Shown here one piece after another: positions 21,121 to 31,937 of a stretch of 64,000 nt of DNA; the first letter of the stretch is position 1; the number at the start of each line of letters is the position of its first letter. This stretch comes from an uncultured bacterium (GTDB lineage Bacteria > Acidobacteriota > HRBIN11 > JAKEFK01), in contig CAVZQN010000004.1 of NCBI GenBank assembly GCA_963777505.1, positions 1,824,001-1,888,000 on the forward strand, read 5' to 3'. Position numbers and translations under genes: made by a program. The notes beneath the pieces were generated by a model that searched no databases, had not been told where the DNA came from, and was given only the letters and a program-made list of their open reading frames with translations.

Positions 21121-22107
21121 TTACTGAACTAATGTAATGCTTTGAACAAGACTTCTTACTGTTGTGCTTCCAGACTTCGCGCTAACTCTCCAGAAAATTT
21201 TCCCTTCAGGCGAATTTCTCTGGATCGTTTTTAGTGCATTCAATCTGGCGCCAGGTCCCATAAATATGGCAAGCTTCGTGGCGTTATTAAACTTCTTAAA
21301 ACCTTGCGTAAACGCGGCGTTCCCTGCGAGTTCCAAGACAAAAGCTGTGAGTGAAAGCGTGTTATTTTGTTCCCAGCGAAAAGTGATTCCGGCTGCTGCC
21401 TGCGTTCCTGTTCCTACAAGAACTCTGTGTGAAGTATTGTTCAGTGGCGAAATAAGCTTTGGGGTAGTAAAAGTATTCTGCCTGGCTCCATAAAGAAATT
21501 TGCCAGCCTCTTTGTCATCTGGATCGAGAGTCTCTCCAATGTCACCCGCTTGCGCTGAAAAAAACATGGTCGCTGTTGGTACTGCTGAATGGCCAATTCC
21601 TACAGAATGCCCAAGTTCATGAACGGCAACAGGTAAGATTTTATAGACATTATTGTTTGGATTCGAGGGACCCATTGTCCATCTAAAATCTCTGTTATTG
21701 AAATGGATGTCTCCTTCAATTCTGGTGCCGGTATCGTTCGTAAAGAAAAATGCTTCACAGAATGCAAGTGTAGAAGATCCCGCTCCAAAATTTCCTTTGT
21801 CAAATATGATCGCGTTGATTAAATCTCCTCCATCAACTGTGCCTGTTGTTCCTGCGAATCGAAACTTCAGTGGTGATACAGGATTCCAGCGATTTAAGGC
21901 AAGTTTCAACTGGTTCCTCTCATTTGTTCCAGGAATGTCTGTAGTGCCAGCTGTGTGAATAAGATACCCGACTGGAAATTCTGAAGGAGACCATTCAAAG
22001 GTCGAATCAACTCCTCTGCCTTGTGCAGTAATCAGCTCAAAGCTGTACATATTTGAAGAAAATAAAAGTACGGCAAAAATTGCAAAAAATATTTTCGTTT
22101 TCATCAT
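21121..22107 (-). CDS. Matrixin (M10) family secreted metalloprotease with C-terminal FN3-like domain
   Basis: HELGHSVGIGHS, ATMF Met-turn, LDPDD; signal peptide. Confidence 0.92.
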   Translation of the reverse strand: MMKTKIFFAIFAVLLFSSNMYSFELITAQGRGVDSTFEWSPSEFPVGYLIHTAGTTDIPGTNERNQLKLALNRWNPVSPLKFRFAGTTGTVDGGDLINAIIFDKGNFGAGSSTLAFCEAFFFTNDTGTRIEGDIHFNNRDFRWTMGPSNPNNNVYKILPVAVHELGHSVGIGHSAVPTATMFFSAQAGDIGETLDPDDKEAGKFLYGARQNTFTTPKLISPLNNTSHRVLVGTGTQAAAGITFRWEQNNTLSLTAFVLELAGNAAFTQGFKKFNNATKLAIFMGPGARLNALKTIQRNSPEGKIFWRVSAKSGSTTVRSLVQSITLVQ

Positions 22108-22119
22108 CGCCTCCGTGAC

Positions 22120-22686
22120 TTATTTGTGAACAAATTGACGGATCTGCTGCCTGAAATCATCTAAATATTTCTTCTGATCAGGCTGAAGATCGCGAATGTT
22201 TGTTTCACGGGGTTCAGATAAATATTTGCCATTCCCATCGGCCTTCCGGATGACTACTTTTTTCCCAGACTGTTCATCCCTGTAAATGGAATATTTGCCA
22301 AGGTACAAACCTACAGGAAATAGGCTTCCATCATTCCGTTTTTCTAAAAACAAAAGTACTTCCTCGTTACGATAAAAGTCCGCAGCGCCTGGAATGTGCA
22401 TTCCTAGCTTTGAACCGAGCCCACCTAAAGTTTTAAGTGTGAGTTCGCGCCCAACATTTTTACCTTTAATAGATTCGCTAATCTGGAGATGGATGTATGT
22501 GTATGGACGTTTATCCTTTGAATCAACTTCATAATGAGCGGAAAGAACTTTTCCAACAACTATAATTTCTGCTTTTTGTGCTAACTGCTCATCGGTTAAT
22601 TGGACAACTGTTAATGCATGTAATCCGGGCACAAGAAACATTGCTGTTATGCCCATCAAAATTTTTGCAAATGATTTTCTAACCAT
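22120..22686 (-). CDS. Secreted OB-fold-like protein encoded upstream of the matrixin
   Basis: Signal peptide; L...AEIIVVGKV...YTY......IKG...TLGG...PGAA.F...EEVLLFL; GGAGG RBS before ATG 22686. Confidence 0.75.
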   Translation of the reverse strand: MVRKSFAKILMGITAMFLVPGLHALTVVQLTDEQLAQKAEIIVVGKVLSAHYEVDSKDKRPYTYIHLQISESIKGKNVGRELTLKTLGGLGSKLGMHIPGAADFYRNEEVLLFLEKRNDGSLFPVGLYLGKYSIYRDEQSGKKVVIRKADGNGKYLSEPRETNIRDLQPDQKKYLDDFRQQIRQFVHK

Positions 22687-22846
22687 GCCAAAACCTCCTT
22701 CGCAATAGAGGGCTGCTCCCGCCTCCATCGTTGGTCTCAGTAGTATACTCCAAACCGGATTAATTTTGGGCGGGCTCTCTCAATACGTTTCAGCACCGAC
22801 GGAAAATTCTTACTTTCTTTTCTGAATTTTTGTTAAAATACACCGG

Positions 22847-25073
22847 ATGGCAGCTGCGTTACAAAAACCATACTACCCCTGTCGTATCTTCTTCATAGTA
22901 GCAATTCTTTTTCTTTTTACTTATGGGTGTGCCGGCAGGCAGGGCGGGGGAGGTATACGATCAGGGGGAACGCCTTCCGTACCAAGTACAAGTGTGCGTC
23001 CTCAACCGGGTCTGAAGGCGCCAGTGATCCGCGTTGGGCTTAAAACGGACGCAAAAACGGTTTCGATTACATCGGACAACATTGTTTACTTTTCTGATGG
23101 ATCCAGGGAAGGGGGGACTCCATCACGCGTCGTTGTAGGATTAAGTTTTTTATCCAGCATCAATACGAAACATTCAATTCAGGTTGAATCCTTTTCATCA
23201 AGTGATAAGGCGAAATCAGCCATGACTACATTGCGCGGACGTACGCGTCATCCCATTTACATTTTTTTCAATGCCGACCGGAATATGCATCAAGTTCGTG
23301 TTGGGCCTTTTCAATCTAAAGAACTTGCTCAACAAGCAGTAAATGAAATGAAATCGTTAGGATACTCAGGCGCGTTTTACGTATCCGAAGAATCAGGGAA
23401 TGGAAGGCGTCCCGAGCTTGTTCTGAGTGACGATACTGGCAATGCTTTGTTACGAACTCTGAACCCGGTGCGATTGTGGAATGAATCACTTGTTCTTGGC
23501 GTAGACAATGATCGTTATCGAGGCATCGTTACGGTTTCAGTAAACTCGCTGGGCCGGTTAACTGTAGTCAATCACTTGAACTTTGAGGATTATTTAAAAG
23601 GCGTTGTTCCAAATGAAATTGGCGGAGGAACGGCCGCAACTTTCGAGGCGATTAAAGCGCAAGCTGTTGCTGCAAGAACGTATGCATTCAAAAATCTTAA
23701 ACAATTCGAACAGGACGGCTATGACTTGTGTGCGACTCCAAGATGTCAGGTTTATTCAGCTCTGAACACTGAAAGTGCATCTGCAAATAGAGCGATTGAA
23801 GAAACGGCAGGCGAAGTTTTAACGTACGGTGGTGAAGCAATTAATGCTTTGTACACATCTACATGCGGCGGCCGAACCGAAAATGCCGAATTCATGTTTG
23901 AAGGTTGGGATTATCCCTACTTAAAAAGCGTTGAGTGTTACCCTGAAGAAAATAATCAAAATCAAAAAGCGGTGGAACTTTCGGGCATCAGTGAACCCTG
24001 GTGGCTTTCATGGCTCCGAATTAAGTTGAATCAAGAATTTACTGGCCAATGGAACGATCCTGTTCAGCAGTCTGAGATTCAATCCGCAACATCGGCGCTC
24101 TTAAAATATCTTGTCAAACGTCCTTGCTCGCAGAATCAACTCAAGGGAACTCATTGGGTTGCAGTCGGTGAACACCTTGTTGAACAACTTTGCTGGCAGA
24201 CGAAACGGGATTCATTATTGAATGAGAAGGATTACAGATATTTTCTGGAACATCTGAGTTTTTCAATTCAACCCGCTCCTGAAACTCATTCTTTCCTCTT
24301 CTTATTTCATGATCAAATCCTGGTTCCTGCTGAAAAGGATCTCCCACGATTCAATCCATATCAGAGTTTAACGAAATCAGACTTCTATCAGGCTTTGTTC
24401 AGGGTTTTGGATCATTACCATCAGATCAATACCGAAAAAGGAACCGTCAGAGAAATTACAAAATCAGAAATTCAAATCGTGGATGACATTGGAGTGCATC
24501 TTCAACCGCTCAACTCGAATTCTGCACTTTATCAAAAAATTGGTACTATCTTTGATACCGACGCAGAAGCTTGTTTGCTCTCCTGGAGATCAGATTGAGT
24601 ATGTACTCGATCATGATGTACTCAGGATTGTTGTTTGTGAACTGAACCAGGCTGGGGCTGCAGTGGATCGGAGTTCGAAGTACACGTTCTGGCGGGAATC
24701 TTTTACACCGGACGAATTAGCCGAAAAGGTAAGCAAGTACGCTGATGTCGGAGAAATCATTGATCTTGAACCGATTAGTTATGGCGTATCGCGCCGGGTC
24801 TATGAGTTAAGGATTACAGGAACTAAAGGTGCGGCAGTTATGAGAGGCTTGAAAGTGCGCTGGTCGTTGGGTGTGCGCGACAATCTCTTTGTGATTGATA
24901 AAACGTATGGTGAGGATGGAAAGATCCGCAATTTTATCTTTACAGGCCGCGGATGGGGTCACGGTGTTGGAATGTGTCAGGTCGGTGCAATTGGATATTC
25001 CAAGCGCGGCAAAGATTACCGTGCAATCTTAAAACACTATTACAGCGGTGTTGAGATTGTAAAAAAATATTAG
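22847..25073 (+). CDS. SpoIID/LytB domain lipoprotein with SPOR domain (frameshift near 24548)
   Basis: Lipobox-like YGC; VRVGPF SPOR motif; YLKGVVPNE, KAQAVAARTYA, CQVY, STCGGRTE; C-terminal GRGWGHGVGMCQ.GA in the next frame. Confidence 0.88.
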
Positions 25074-25177
25074 AAGTGATGTGTAGTAAGGCACGCAGCT
25101 GAGCGTAGCGAAGCAGTGCCGTCTTCAGAAAAATTCAGTGTTGCAATACAATTCACGTAGCAGTACCATCATCTAAC

Positions 25178-26288
25178 ATGATCGGCAAGCGTTTCAAAGG
25201 GGACCTGGCCTCAGTTGGATTGCCGGATGTGCTTGAGTTCCTGCGAGTTACCCGCCGTACCGGCGTTTTGAGTTTCAGAAGAGAACGCCTGAAGAAAGCA
25301 CTTCACATCAAAGATGGGAATGTTGTTTTTGCAACGAGCAATGTTCCGGAAGAGCGCCTTGGTGATTTATTGCTGCAATGGGGACGCATTTCCAAACATG
25401 CTTTTGATCGTTCTGTCTCAATGCTTGGTCCCAAAAAGCGACAGGGTAGAATTCTAGTCGAAATTGGGGCACTCACACCGAAACAGCTCTGGGAAGGCGT
25501 TCAGGATCAGATCCGGCATATCGTCTACAGTATCTTCAATTGGGAAAATGGTAATTTCTATTTTGCGGAAGGGGAACTGCCAAGCAAAGAAAATATAACG
25601 GCAGATGTAAGCATTTCCGAACTGATTGTTCATGGAATTCGCAAAATTCAGGAACCTTCGGTTCTTTACAGTAAATTCCCTTCACGCGAAGTTATTCTTG
25701 CCCGCATGGATTATGGCTTAAAGGAACGCGTGAAGCTTGAACCTTTTGAGCGGCATGTTTTGGAATTAATTGACGGACAAAAAACAATTGAAGAAATTTG
25801 CCGCGAAAGTGAAATTGGAGACAGTGAAACCTTCAAAGTGATGTACATGCTTTTAAGCATTGGTTACATCAAGGTTAAGGGGAAAAAATCTGAAGTTGAA
25901 GACGATGTCTCTGCAAGCTGGGATATCTCATGATGAAGTTAAAGAGATCATTAATAACTACAACAAGATGTATTCATTTCTTTACCGGTATATGATGCGA
26001 GAAGTAGGGCCAATCGCAGAACATGTACTCAGTAAATATCTCAACGATTTGCGCGAAAACAACTCGGCCGTCTTTAAGAATGTTTCTTTAAAAAAAGATG
26101 GAACTTTGGATGGATCTACAATTTCAGGGAATTTGAACTGGCTTCGCTCTGAAATCAAAAGAGAATCTCTTGTGAATTCGCTCAATGAGTTTTTATATTC
26201 CGCAATTCTGGCAGTGAAAAGAACGCTTGGGCCTGATCACGAAAGACAGGTTATTGAAACTTTAAAGGACGTAAGGCCGGAAGTATGA
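25178..26288 (+). CDS. DUF4388 domain protein (frameshift near 25920)
   Basis: FKGDL....LPDVL......RRTG.L...G.V.FA; RLGDLL, W..G.F.F; the downstream ORF 25860-26288 continues it. Confidence 0.82.
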
Positions 26289-26368
26289 CGAGCGCTCAAA
26301 AACAGCAAATGTGGGGGTTCTTTTTAACAGGTGTCCTTTTGCTTCTCGCGCTCTGGCTCCGTTTTTGA
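26285..26368 (+). CDS. Putative 27-aa single-TM small protein
   Basis: MTSAQKQQMWGFFLTGVLLLLALWLRF; start overlaps the upstream stop as ATGA. Confidence 0.5.
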   Translation: MTSAQKQQMWGFFLTGVLLLLALWLRF

Positions 26369-26399
26369 TCCATAACGCGGGGGCAAGGAGAGTTGAAAC

Positions 26400-26729
26400 A
26401 TGTTCACAAAAATAATGATCACGCTTGGAATCATGGGAATGGCTGCTGCTTTAGTTTATTTCATGATTGCTGATAAAACTGAGGGCCAACAAGTACAGGT
26501 TGTCGAAAATACAAAATTGTATTTTGTTGTTGCTGCTGCTTTGGTTCCCGCCGGATATATCTTGCGATATGTTGGGAAATTTCTAGGGCTAGGCACTAGC
26601 CGCTGCAGGAAATGCGGAAAGCGAATTGAAAAACAGGAAATGTTCTGTTTCGATCACAGTTTTGAATTAGTTCAAAATGCAAGAGAGCGAACTCGTCATT
26701 TAGACACTCGTCAGAAACCAAGAAGTTAA
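26400..26729 (+). CDS. Hypothetical membrane protein with CxxC...CxxH zinc ribbon
   Basis: Two TMs then CRKCG...FCFDH; AGGAG RBS. Confidence 0.75.
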   Translation: MFTKIMITLGIMGMAAALVYFMIADKTEGQQVQVVENTKLYFVVAAALVPAGYILRYVGKFLGLGTSRCRKCGKRIEKQEMFCFDHSFELVQNARERTRHLDTRQKPRS

Positions 26730-26734
26730 CACCA

Positions 26735-27634
26735 TTGAGTTTTCCCGTCATTGTAATTGGCGGTCCTACCGGTAGCGGGAAGAATAGGGCCGCAATCGAA
26801 ATTGCAAAAAAATATCCTGTAGAGATCATCAATGCAGATTCACGTCAGATTTATAAAGATCTGATCCTTGGCACAAATCAGCCGGCACCTGAAGAAAAGC
26901 AATTTGTTCCACATCATTTGTTTGCATTCCTGCCTCCGGAGCAATCTTTCACAGTTGCAGATTACGAACGTCTGGCCTTTCCCTTAACAAATGAAATTCA
27001 AACTCGCGGAAAGATTCCCATTGTTGTTGGGGGAACTGGTTTTTACATTAAAGCTCTTTTAAGAGGAATCTGGACCGTTCCTGAAAAAAGTCCTGAGATG
27101 CGCAATCGGCTTCGGAGAATTGAAGAGAAACAAGGTAAAGAATATCTTCATCACATCTTAACCCGGGTTGATCCGGAATCGGCGCACAAAATTTCTGCGC
27201 AGGATTCCTACCGAGTTTCACGCGCTCTCGAAATCTACTTTCAAACGGGCAGCAAAATATCAACTCTGCCTAAGCCCCAACAAAGATTTGAAGCTGCAAA
27301 GTTATTTCTAGATTTGCCGGCGGCTGAATTACGGGAAAGGATTGAAATCCGAACAAGGATGTTGATTGAAGGTGGTTGGTTTGATGAAGTGGAGAAGCTA
27401 CTTAAACAGTATCCCGGTTTTGAAAGCATGCCGGCTGCGGCATCATTGGGTTATATCGAGATTATTCAGTATCTTAGACATCAGTTGACCCGCGAAGAAT
27501 GTGAAAAACAAATCCTTCAAAAGACATGGCAATATGCTCGAAGGCAAAGAACGTGGTTTCGGAATCAAGACCAGTTTACGTCGGTGGCCTCATCTTCAGA
27601 GTTGCAAAAAATCGTCGATTCTGTATTACAATGA
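26735..27634 (+). CDS. miaA: tRNA dimethylallyltransferase
   Basis: GPTGSGK, EIINADSRQIY, VGGTGFYI, RALEI, YARRQRTWF. Confidence 0.97.
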   Translation: MSFPVIVIGGPTGSGKNRAAIEIAKKYPVEIINADSRQIYKDLILGTNQPAPEEKQFVPHHLFAFLPPEQSFTVADYERLAFPLTNEIQTRGKIPIVVGGTGFYIKALLRGIWTVPEKSPEMRNRLRRIEEKQGKEYLHHILTRVDPESAHKISAQDSYRVSRALEIYFQTGSKISTLPKPQQRFEAAKLFLDLPAAELRERIEIRTRMLIEGGWFDEVEKLLKQYPGFESMPAAASLGYIEIIQYLRHQLTREECEKQILQKTWQYARRQRTWFRNQDQFTSVASSSELQKIVDSVLQ

Positions 27635-27709
27635 TACGGGTCCATTTTTTACGAGGCCCATAACTATAACTAAAGACTAAATATAGGGGTCTCCCTGGAG
27701 GCGGTTCAC

Positions 27710-27964
27710 ATGGAAAAGGCATCTAACGGTGCACAAAATATACAAGATGAATTTCTGCACACGCTGAAGAAGGAACGTCAAATTACGACGATTTATTTGA
27801 TGAATGGCTATAAGCTGTCAGGAAAGATTAAAGGGTTCGATAAATTTACAGTAGTTTTAGATAGTAATGGCCAGGAAATCATGGTCTTCAAGCATGCCAT
27901 TTCCACAATCGGTATCGGCATCTCATCGGCGCGAAAAGATCCCAGGGAAGGCCCAAGAGAATAG
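27710..27964 (+). CDS. hfq: RNA chaperone Hfq
   Basis: NIQDEFL..L.K.....IYLMNG.KL.G.I..FD.F......MVFKHAISTI; follows miaA. Confidence 0.97.
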   Translation: MEKASNGAQNIQDEFLHTLKKERQITTIYLMNGYKLSGKIKGFDKFTVVLDSNGQEIMVFKHAISTIGIGISSARKDPREGPRE

Positions 27965-27979
27965 TGAGACTCAAAGTTT

Positions 27980-28876
27980 TTATAGCTTAAGAGTCTTGAG
28001 CTGATCTAACAGAATTTCAGTAGTTGAAGGTCCTTTCAGAATTGAAGAGGCTTTCGCAATTTGAGTAACGGCTTCCTGAATCGCACCCATCCCGCCGCCT
28101 CGTTCAATATCGGCTTTTGCCTTTTGATATTGTTTATCAACTACAGCTTCCCCCTGTTTTCCTAAAGTCGAATTACAAATCGATCTAATTTTCTCAAGCA
28201 GCATCAACAAATTCTCTTTGTTCGGACCTGGCTCTGTGGTTGGAGGACTACCGGATGCAGCAGCAGAATTAGCTGCTGCTCGAAGTGCTGCAGATTGTGC
28301 CGGAGAGGGCAGCGGTGTTGGGTCAGGCGTTGTCATCGGCATTTTTAATGCAACCAGGCCGTGAGTCACAAGACCATACAAAACTTTACTGACATCAAAT
28401 ACTGGCAAATTACAGTTCTTTGAAATTGTGCGAATGTCTTGCTTCCCATTTATTTTTGAAAGGATCAGCCATTCACTTGTTGTCAATTGAATCTGACCGC
28501 GGTCCTGGTTTTGATCAACAACAAATTCAGGAATTAAATCCAGTGATGGAATTTTCTTGGAAAGCACACGCCATTCATCGAGGCGCCTTGCTGCCTCCAT
28601 CAGTAAGTTTGTGTTGCTCTTACTGATTGTTCGTACGCTTGGTTCGACGTCAGGCTCAAAATTGAACTCACCTTCACTCCAGATAGCGAGTTCATAGACG
28701 GCCTCTTCTCCTTTAATTTCATCGACTTCGGCATGAACGATGTTTCCATCTTTCAAGTAAATTTGACCCACATGGTCGTCTTTCTTTAAGTGGAACATCC
28801 CCGTTTTGCCGGAGACGCTAATTAATTGGATTACGTCGGCTAGATGAAGGTGTTTTAGCGATCCCTGCAGAGACAT
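27980..28876 (-). CDS. DUF4388 domain protein
   Basis: MSLQGSL..LHLADVIQLI..SGKTG...GEEAVY.L..W.EGEF.F...LLMEAARRLDEW. Confidence 0.9.
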   Translation of the reverse strand: MSLQGSLKHLHLADVIQLISVSGKTGMFHLKKDDHVGQIYLKDGNIVHAEVDEIKGEEAVYELAIWSEGEFNFEPDVEPSVRTISKSNTNLLMEAARRLDEWRVLSKKIPSLDLIPEFVVDQNQDRGQIQLTTSEWLILSKINGKQDIRTISKNCNLPVFDVSKVLYGLVTHGLVALKMPMTTPDPTPLPSPAQSAALRAAANSAAASGSPPTTEPGPNKENLLMLLEKIRSICNSTLGKQGEAVVDKQYQKAKADIERGGGMGAIQEAVTQIAKASSILKGPSTTEILLDQLKTLKL

Positions 28877-28931
28877 GTATGTTTAAGAACGAAGAGACCC
28901 CTTCTCAATTGCAGTTCCGAAATCAAAGGCG

Positions 28932-28961
28932 AGTCTAACATACTGAGAAAATCATTGTCAA
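28932..28961 (-). promoter_or_regulatory. sigma70-like promoter of the DUF4388 gene
   Basis: Minus strand TTGACA-N18-TAGACT. Confidence 0.4.
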
Positions 28962-29148
28962 GAATAACTTAGAAGCAATCAGGGGTGTCGAAATTGTGTC
29001 TGTTTGAGTAACGAAAAAAGTTATAATATCGGATTAAAACTAGCTAGGTTTGTCGAATCCATTATTCCATCAATCCATTAATCCGTTTTAGAAGCATGAT
29101 AATTGGTTGGCGAATTATTGGATAGTTCGACACGGAAAAGGGTGTTTC

Positions 29149-30294
29149 ATGATAAAAAAACGACTTTTTACTCCGGGACCGGTAAGCGCATATCCGCCCG
29201 CGCTTCAAGCGGCTTTAGATGCAAATATCCATCACAGAACTCCTGAGTTTAAAGAAATTCTCACATCGGTCATGGAGAGTTTGCGGCGCATTTTTGGAGA
29301 GCCTTCAGAAGTTTTCATTTTTCCTTCGTCTGGATCAGGAGCAATGGAGGCGGCAGTTACAAATTTCTTTTCACCTGGTGATGAGGTCTTAATCGCTACT
29401 TGCGGTAAGTTTGGTGAACGCTGGGTTGAGTTGGCCAGTCGTTTTTCGCTTAAAGCAACAATTCTAAAGTATCCGTATGGTGAAGCAGTTCAGCCTGAAG
29501 AAGTTCGATCGGCGTTACAAAAAAATTCAAATATTCGTGGAGTTTTTGTACAAGCATGTGAGAGTTCAACCGCCGTGCAGAATGACATGTCCGAGCTTGC
29601 TCGAATTGTGCGAGAAACTGACAGCATTTTAGTCGCTGATGCTGTAACAGGTATTGGAACGATGCCGATCACCGTACAAGAAGGCATTGACGTTATGGTG
29701 ACCGGTTCGCAGAAGGCACTGATGATTCCGCCAGGTTTGGCAATTATAGGTGTGAGTGATAAAGCATGGAAGCGCGTAGAAAGTGCATCGATACCAAGAT
29801 TTTATTTCGATTTGCGAGCTGCAAAAAAAGCGTGGGATCAAAATGCGCAGACCGCTTTTACGCCTGCGACATCTTTGATCATTTCATTGCGTGAGTCTCT
29901 GAAAGTAATTGAACAATGGGGACTGGAAAATTTAGTCCGTACCACTGAAAATCGTGCTCGCGCCACACGTGCCGGCCTTTCTGCAATGGGGCTGTCAGTG
30001 TTTGCAAAGCGTCCAGCAAATGCAATGACTGGTGTTGTTGCGCCCGATGGTAATGCCGAAAAAATCACCTCACTTATGAAACAAAAATTCGGCCTGCAAT
30101 TAGCAGGCGGCCAGGGAGATCTGAAAGGCAAAATTTTTCGGATCAGCCATATGGGTTATATCGATCATTTCGATACGATGGGTGTGTTGAGCGCTTTGGA
30201 ATTCACATTGATGGAACTCGGCCACTCTATCGATCTCGGAAGGTCTTTGGTTGAATTTCAAAAGATTTATGCGGAGTTGAATACACCAAAATGA
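29149..30294 (+). CDS. Class V PLP aminotransferase (serine-pyruvate/alanine-glyoxylate type; may serve as phosphoserine aminotransferase)
   Basis: LFTPGP, HHRT, SGSGAMEA, GKFGERW, GSQKALMIPPG, FRISHMG; overlaps serA. Confidence 0.93.
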   Translation: MIKKRLFTPGPVSAYPPALQAALDANIHHRTPEFKEILTSVMESLRRIFGEPSEVFIFPSSGSGAMEAAVTNFFSPGDEVLIATCGKFGERWVELASRFSLKATILKYPYGEAVQPEEVRSALQKNSNIRGVFVQACESSTAVQNDMSELARIVRETDSILVADAVTGIGTMPITVQEGIDVMVTGSQKALMIPPGLAIIGVSDKAWKRVESASIPRFYFDLRAAKKAWDQNAQTAFTPATSLIISLRESLKVIEQWGLENLVRTTENRARATRAGLSAMGLSVFAKRPANAMTGVVAPDGNAEKITSLMKQKFGLQLAGGQGDLKGKIFRISHMGYIDHFDTMGVLSALEFTLMELGHSIDLGRSLVEFQKIYAELNTPK

Positions 30295-31883
30295 AAAAGA
30301 TTCTTGTGGCCGATGGACTCTCTGTTGCAGGCCTCGAAGTACTGCAATCCGAACCCTGGACTGTTGATGTTCATTCCAAAATGACTCCCGATGAACTCAA
30401 GGCTGCGATCGAATTCGCTGACGCACTCATTGTGCGGAGTGCGAGCAAAGTAACTGCTGATGTCTTACAAAATGCTGTCAACTTAAAAATCATCGGAAGA
30501 GCCGGTACCGGTGTTGACAATATTGACCTTACAGAAGCAACCAGACGCGGAGTTCTTGTTACGAATGCGCCGGAAGCAAACACAATTTCTGTTGCAGATC
30601 ACACAATCGCGATGCTTCTCGCTCTTTGCCGTCATCTTCCCTTTGCACATAACGATTTAAAACAGGGCAAATGGGAAAAGAAAAAGTATGAAGGAATTGA
30701 ACTTGAAGATAAGATCGTCGGAATTTTAGGGTTAGGACGCATCGGAAAGGCTGTAGTGAAGCGATTACACGCATTTGATACTCGCATCCTTGTTTATGAT
30801 CCGTATGTTTCCGAAAAAATGGCAAAGGAGCTGGATGTTGAACTTTTGCCGCTTGAGGATGTACTTGCAACAGCAGATTTTGTGAGTCTTCATATGCCAC
30901 TGTTGCCTGAAACTCATGGTTTTTTAAATCAGGAACGATTTTCAAAAATGAAGCCGGGAATTCAGATTATCAATTGCGCAAGAGGTGAATTGATTGATGA
31001 ACCATCCCTTTATCAAGCGCTTGAAAAGGGAATTGTTGCAGGAGCAGCACTTGATGTTTTTAGTGAAGAACCTCCGCGCAGTGAAGTGTTGCAAAAGATC
31101 ATTCAACATCCGCGCGTTATTCTGACTCCTCATCTTGCGGCTTCTACTCTGGAAGCCCAGGAAAAAGTTGGATATCAAATGGCTGTACAAATCCGCGATT
31201 ACTTAAAGGAAGGCACTGTACGGAATCCTGTAAATTTTTACAGCATGACACGTGATGAGTTTGCCAGAAACGAACCTTATTTAAATCTCGCGGAAAAATT
31301 AGGATCCTTTGTTGCCCAAATTGCAGGCGGTGGATATGAGCGGATCAGAATAGAATTCCGTGGCTCTGTTGCGCACTTATCAAAGGAAGCCATCATTCAT
31401 TCGGTTCTAAAGGGGATCCTTCAGCATATTTCGGAAAAGGTGAACATTGTGAATTCACAAAGTCTGGCGCGCGAACGCGGAATTCAAGTCATATCAACTG
31501 TCAGCGAACAAGATCCGACATTTTCAAGTTTGCTCGCAGTCTCATTGGAGACCGGTCGTTCACACCATCAAGTTAGCGGGACCGTATTTGAAAAGAATCT
31601 GATCCGTTTGCTGGCAGTTGATGATGTCTATCTTGATTTTCGGCCGCAAGGGAATCTTTTGTTTTTCAAAAACCAGGATACTCCCGGAGTTGTTGGCAAA
31701 ATTGGAACACTTTTAGGATCCAGTGGAATCAACATTGCTTCGATGAAACTTGGGCGAATTCAAGAAACTCCTTTTGCGTATGGCATCGTGAGTGTAGATG
31801 GCGATTTCCCCGAAAGCGTGTTGAAATCGCTCAAAAGCATTCCAGAAATTGTCGATGCCCACGCTCTGCGTCTCGGCGGTTAA
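30291..31883 (+). CDS. serA: D-3-phosphoglycerate dehydrogenase (long form with ACT domain)
   Basis: GRAGTGVDNID, GLGRIG, NCARG, TPHLAAST.EAQ, ACT motif DTPGVVGKIG. Confidence 0.96.
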   Translation: MKKILVADGLSVAGLEVLQSEPWTVDVHSKMTPDELKAAIEFADALIVRSASKVTADVLQNAVNLKIIGRAGTGVDNIDLTEATRRGVLVTNAPEANTISVADHTIAMLLALCRHLPFAHNDLKQGKWEKKKYEGIELEDKIVGILGLGRIGKAVVKRLHAFDTRILVYDPYVSEKMAKELDVELLPLEDVLATADFVSLHMPLLPETHGFLNQERFSKMKPGIQIINCARGELIDEPSLYQALEKGIVAGAALDVFSEEPPRSEVLQKIIQHPRVILTPHLAASTLEAQEKVGYQMAVQIRDYLKEGTVRNPVNFYSMTRDEFARNEPYLNLAEKLGSFVAQIAGGGYERIRIEFRGSVAHLSKEAIIHSVLKGILQHISEKVNIVNSQSLARERGIQVISTVSEQDPTFSSLLAVSLETGRSHHQVSGTVFEKNLIRLLAVDDVYLDFRPQGNLLFFKNQDTPGVVGKIGTLLGSSGINIASMKLGRIQETPFAYGIVSVDGDFPESVLKSLKSIPEIVDAHALRLGG

Positions 31884-31937
31884 CGAATTAATTAGAGGCC
31901 CGGCCCCGCGGGGAGCGCAGACGTCCCGAATTAATTA

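Noticed and set aside
29058-29084. TCCATTAA-like 8-mer tandem
   Set aside because: Only about three units with no clear inverted partner; too weak
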